From Octopus sinensis (taxonomy: Eukaryota), in the NCBI RefSeq assembly GCF_006345805.1, contig NC_042997.1:191642001-191706000 (forward strand): 64,000 nucleotides of DNA, written 5' to 3'. The translations under genes and the position numbers were made by a program. The stretch's first letter is position 1, and each line of letters opens with the position of its first letter. A model generated the notes under the pieces. The model was not told the DNA's origin. It made no database searches and saw only the letters and a list, made by a program, of their open reading frames with translations. Of the stretch, positions 62,101 through 64,000 are shown one piece after another.

Positions 62101-62509
62101 GTGCAGGAGTGGCTGTGCAGTAAGTAGCTTGCTCACCAACCACATGGTTCCGGGTTCAGTCCCACTGTGTGGCACCTTGGGCAAGTGTCTTCTACTATAG
62201 CCTCAGGCCGACCAAAGCCTTGTGAGTGGATTTGATAGATGGAAACTGAAAGAAGCCCATCGTATATATGTATATATATATATATGTGTGTGTTTGTGTG
62301 TCTGTGTGTGCCTCCCTAGCATTGCTTGACAACCGATGCTGGTGTTTTTATGTCCCATTACTTAGCGGTTCGGCAAAACAGACCGATAGAATAAGTACTG
62401 GGCTTACAAAAGAATAAGTCCCGGGGTCGAGTTGCTCAATTAAAAGCGGTGCTCCAACATGGCCACAGTCAAATGACTGAAACAAGTAAAAGAGTAAAAG
62501 AGAAAAGAG
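62101..62509 (+). mobile_element. SINE family B nested in an older copy of the same family
   Basis: Full head to tail; TATAG at 62096..62100 and 62510..62514 splits an older TCTTCTACTATAG motif. Confidence 0.85.
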
Positions 62510-62859
62510 TATAGTTCGAGTCTAAGAAATGCCTTGAGCAAATTGGTTAATAGATAGACAGAAGCCATGAGGAATCTTGTGTGTGTGTGTGCATGTGCGT
62601 GCATGTGTGTGTGCCTTTGTGTTTATGTTTTTTCCTCCAACAACACATAGCAGTGTTTGTTGCTTTACATCTCCTAACTTAGTGGTTCAGCAAAAGAGAC
62701 TGATGGAATAAGTATCAGACTTTAAAAGAAAAAAAATTATATATACCCAGGCTTATTCCCCATTTTTTAAGGAGAGGATAGTCACAACAAGACACACACA
62801 AGGTATTCCATTCATTCTCCAACTCAAAGAGATAAGTCCTGTTCTATACTCGGTCAAGG

Positions 62860-63350
62860 CATAGAATGCAACCCCCAATATCAGCAGTGGGGCCCGACAG
62901 CATATGCTGGTCTACCCCCACCACATCATGCTGGTTTCGTACCCCTTTGAGCAACATCAAATTCATTTATCTGTCCACAAACTCTCTCCAAGCTTTCCTA
63001 TCATTTACGACCTCTCTTGTCTCTCTCACTCCAACACTTCTAACCACCGAAGCGTTCCTCACTCCATCCATCCAGACAAACCGAGGTCCACCCCTGGTTC
63101 TGCTGCCTACCACTTCTGCCTTCATCACCCTCCTTACTATCCTCTCCATGTGGCCAAACCACCACATTTTGTTTGTTAGTTTTTCTCTCATTCCTGTTTG
63201 CCTTCGCACCTCCTCATTCCTCATCCTGTTCATCCATGTCACACCAACCATAGCCCTCAAACATCTCATCTCAAACACATCTCGTCGCCTTCTGTCTGCT
63301 TCTCTCAGCCCCCATGTCTCTGCACCATATAACATTGTCAGCACAATTAC
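62860..63350 (-). mobile_element. RTE (BovB-like) LINE 3' end
   Basis: MLYGAETWGL...FEMRCLR...RNEEVR...WFGHMER...WMDGV...DRKAWR. Confidence 0.88.
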
Positions 63351-63502
63351 ACCCCATACACCACCTCATACACATACAAGAAAAAAATAAGTACCAGGTT
63401 CAATTCATCCGACAAAACCCTTCAAAGCACTGCCCAAGCATGGCAGAAGTCTAATGACTGAAACAGCTGAAAGAAAGAAGATATTCAAATTGACTTTTCA
63501 GT

Positions 63503-63812
63503 TTATGTTGTTTGTTCCTTCTCGAGCCATCCCTGGCTCATAGAGCCAGTTTCCCAGTTTCCTTGGCGTATAGGTTCCCTGCCTGGACAGGACGCCGGTC
63601 CATTGCAGGTGAGCTGCAAGATGCAGGAGGAAAAAATGAGAAAAAGTTGTGGCGAAAGAGTCAGCAGAAGTTTGCCATTACCTTCTGCCGGAGCCGCGTG
63701 GAGCTTAGGTGCTTTGCTCATAAACACACACATCGCCCGAACTGAGATTCGAACCCGCGATCCCTCAATCACGAGTCCGCTGCTGTAACCACTAGGCCAT
63801 GTGCTTTCACAC
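63503..63812 (-). mobile_element. SINE family D, second copy
   Basis: Reverse complement of 34700..35000. Confidence 0.85.
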
Positions 63813-64000
63813 TCAGTTTATCTTGAAGTGAGATGGACCTAGACTTGCAGTAGTAATATATTCATTTCAGTGTCAGATTTTCAATACAAACCACAATTGT
63901 TTTGTTTTGAAAGTTACCTAGTTTTTCTCTCAGTTCATTTGTGCTTTGTCGTTTATGTACAATAACATAGGTGCAGGTGTGGCTCTGTGGTAAGAAGCTT

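Overview
AT-rich eukaryotic genomic DNA, very likely an octopus (Octopus sp.). This is inferred from recognisable tRNA-derived SINE families, RTE LINEs with (GAT)n tails and dense (TA)n/(TG)n microsatellites; no database search was run. The only host gene I can support is exon 1 of CCDC6 (minus strand, CDS 52625..52383, 81 codons, GTAAGT donor). I found no exon 2, so 1..52382 appears to be one first intron of more than 52 kb. The rest is layered mobile DNA: one fairly young 5'-truncated RTE LINE (28007..29926) and about 19 short copies of its 3' tail, older RTE, CR1/L2-like and CRE-like LINE remnants, about five SINE families (several with clear target-site duplications), mariner, Tigger, hAT and piggyBac-type elements, and two short Helitron families. 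There is no prokaryotic system, CRISPR array or bona fide rRNA/tRNA gene. I cannot claim a new biological system. The best leads are a duplicated start-codon context that creates in-frame uORFs in the CCDC6 leader, a CRE-clade endonuclease remnant beside the promoter, a PHD-like zinc finger inside the RTE reverse transcriptase, LINE/SINE tail sharing, and many intronic inverted repeats that could be ADAR substrates. Repeat boundaries are read by eye and are approximate unless a TSD or TIR is quoted.
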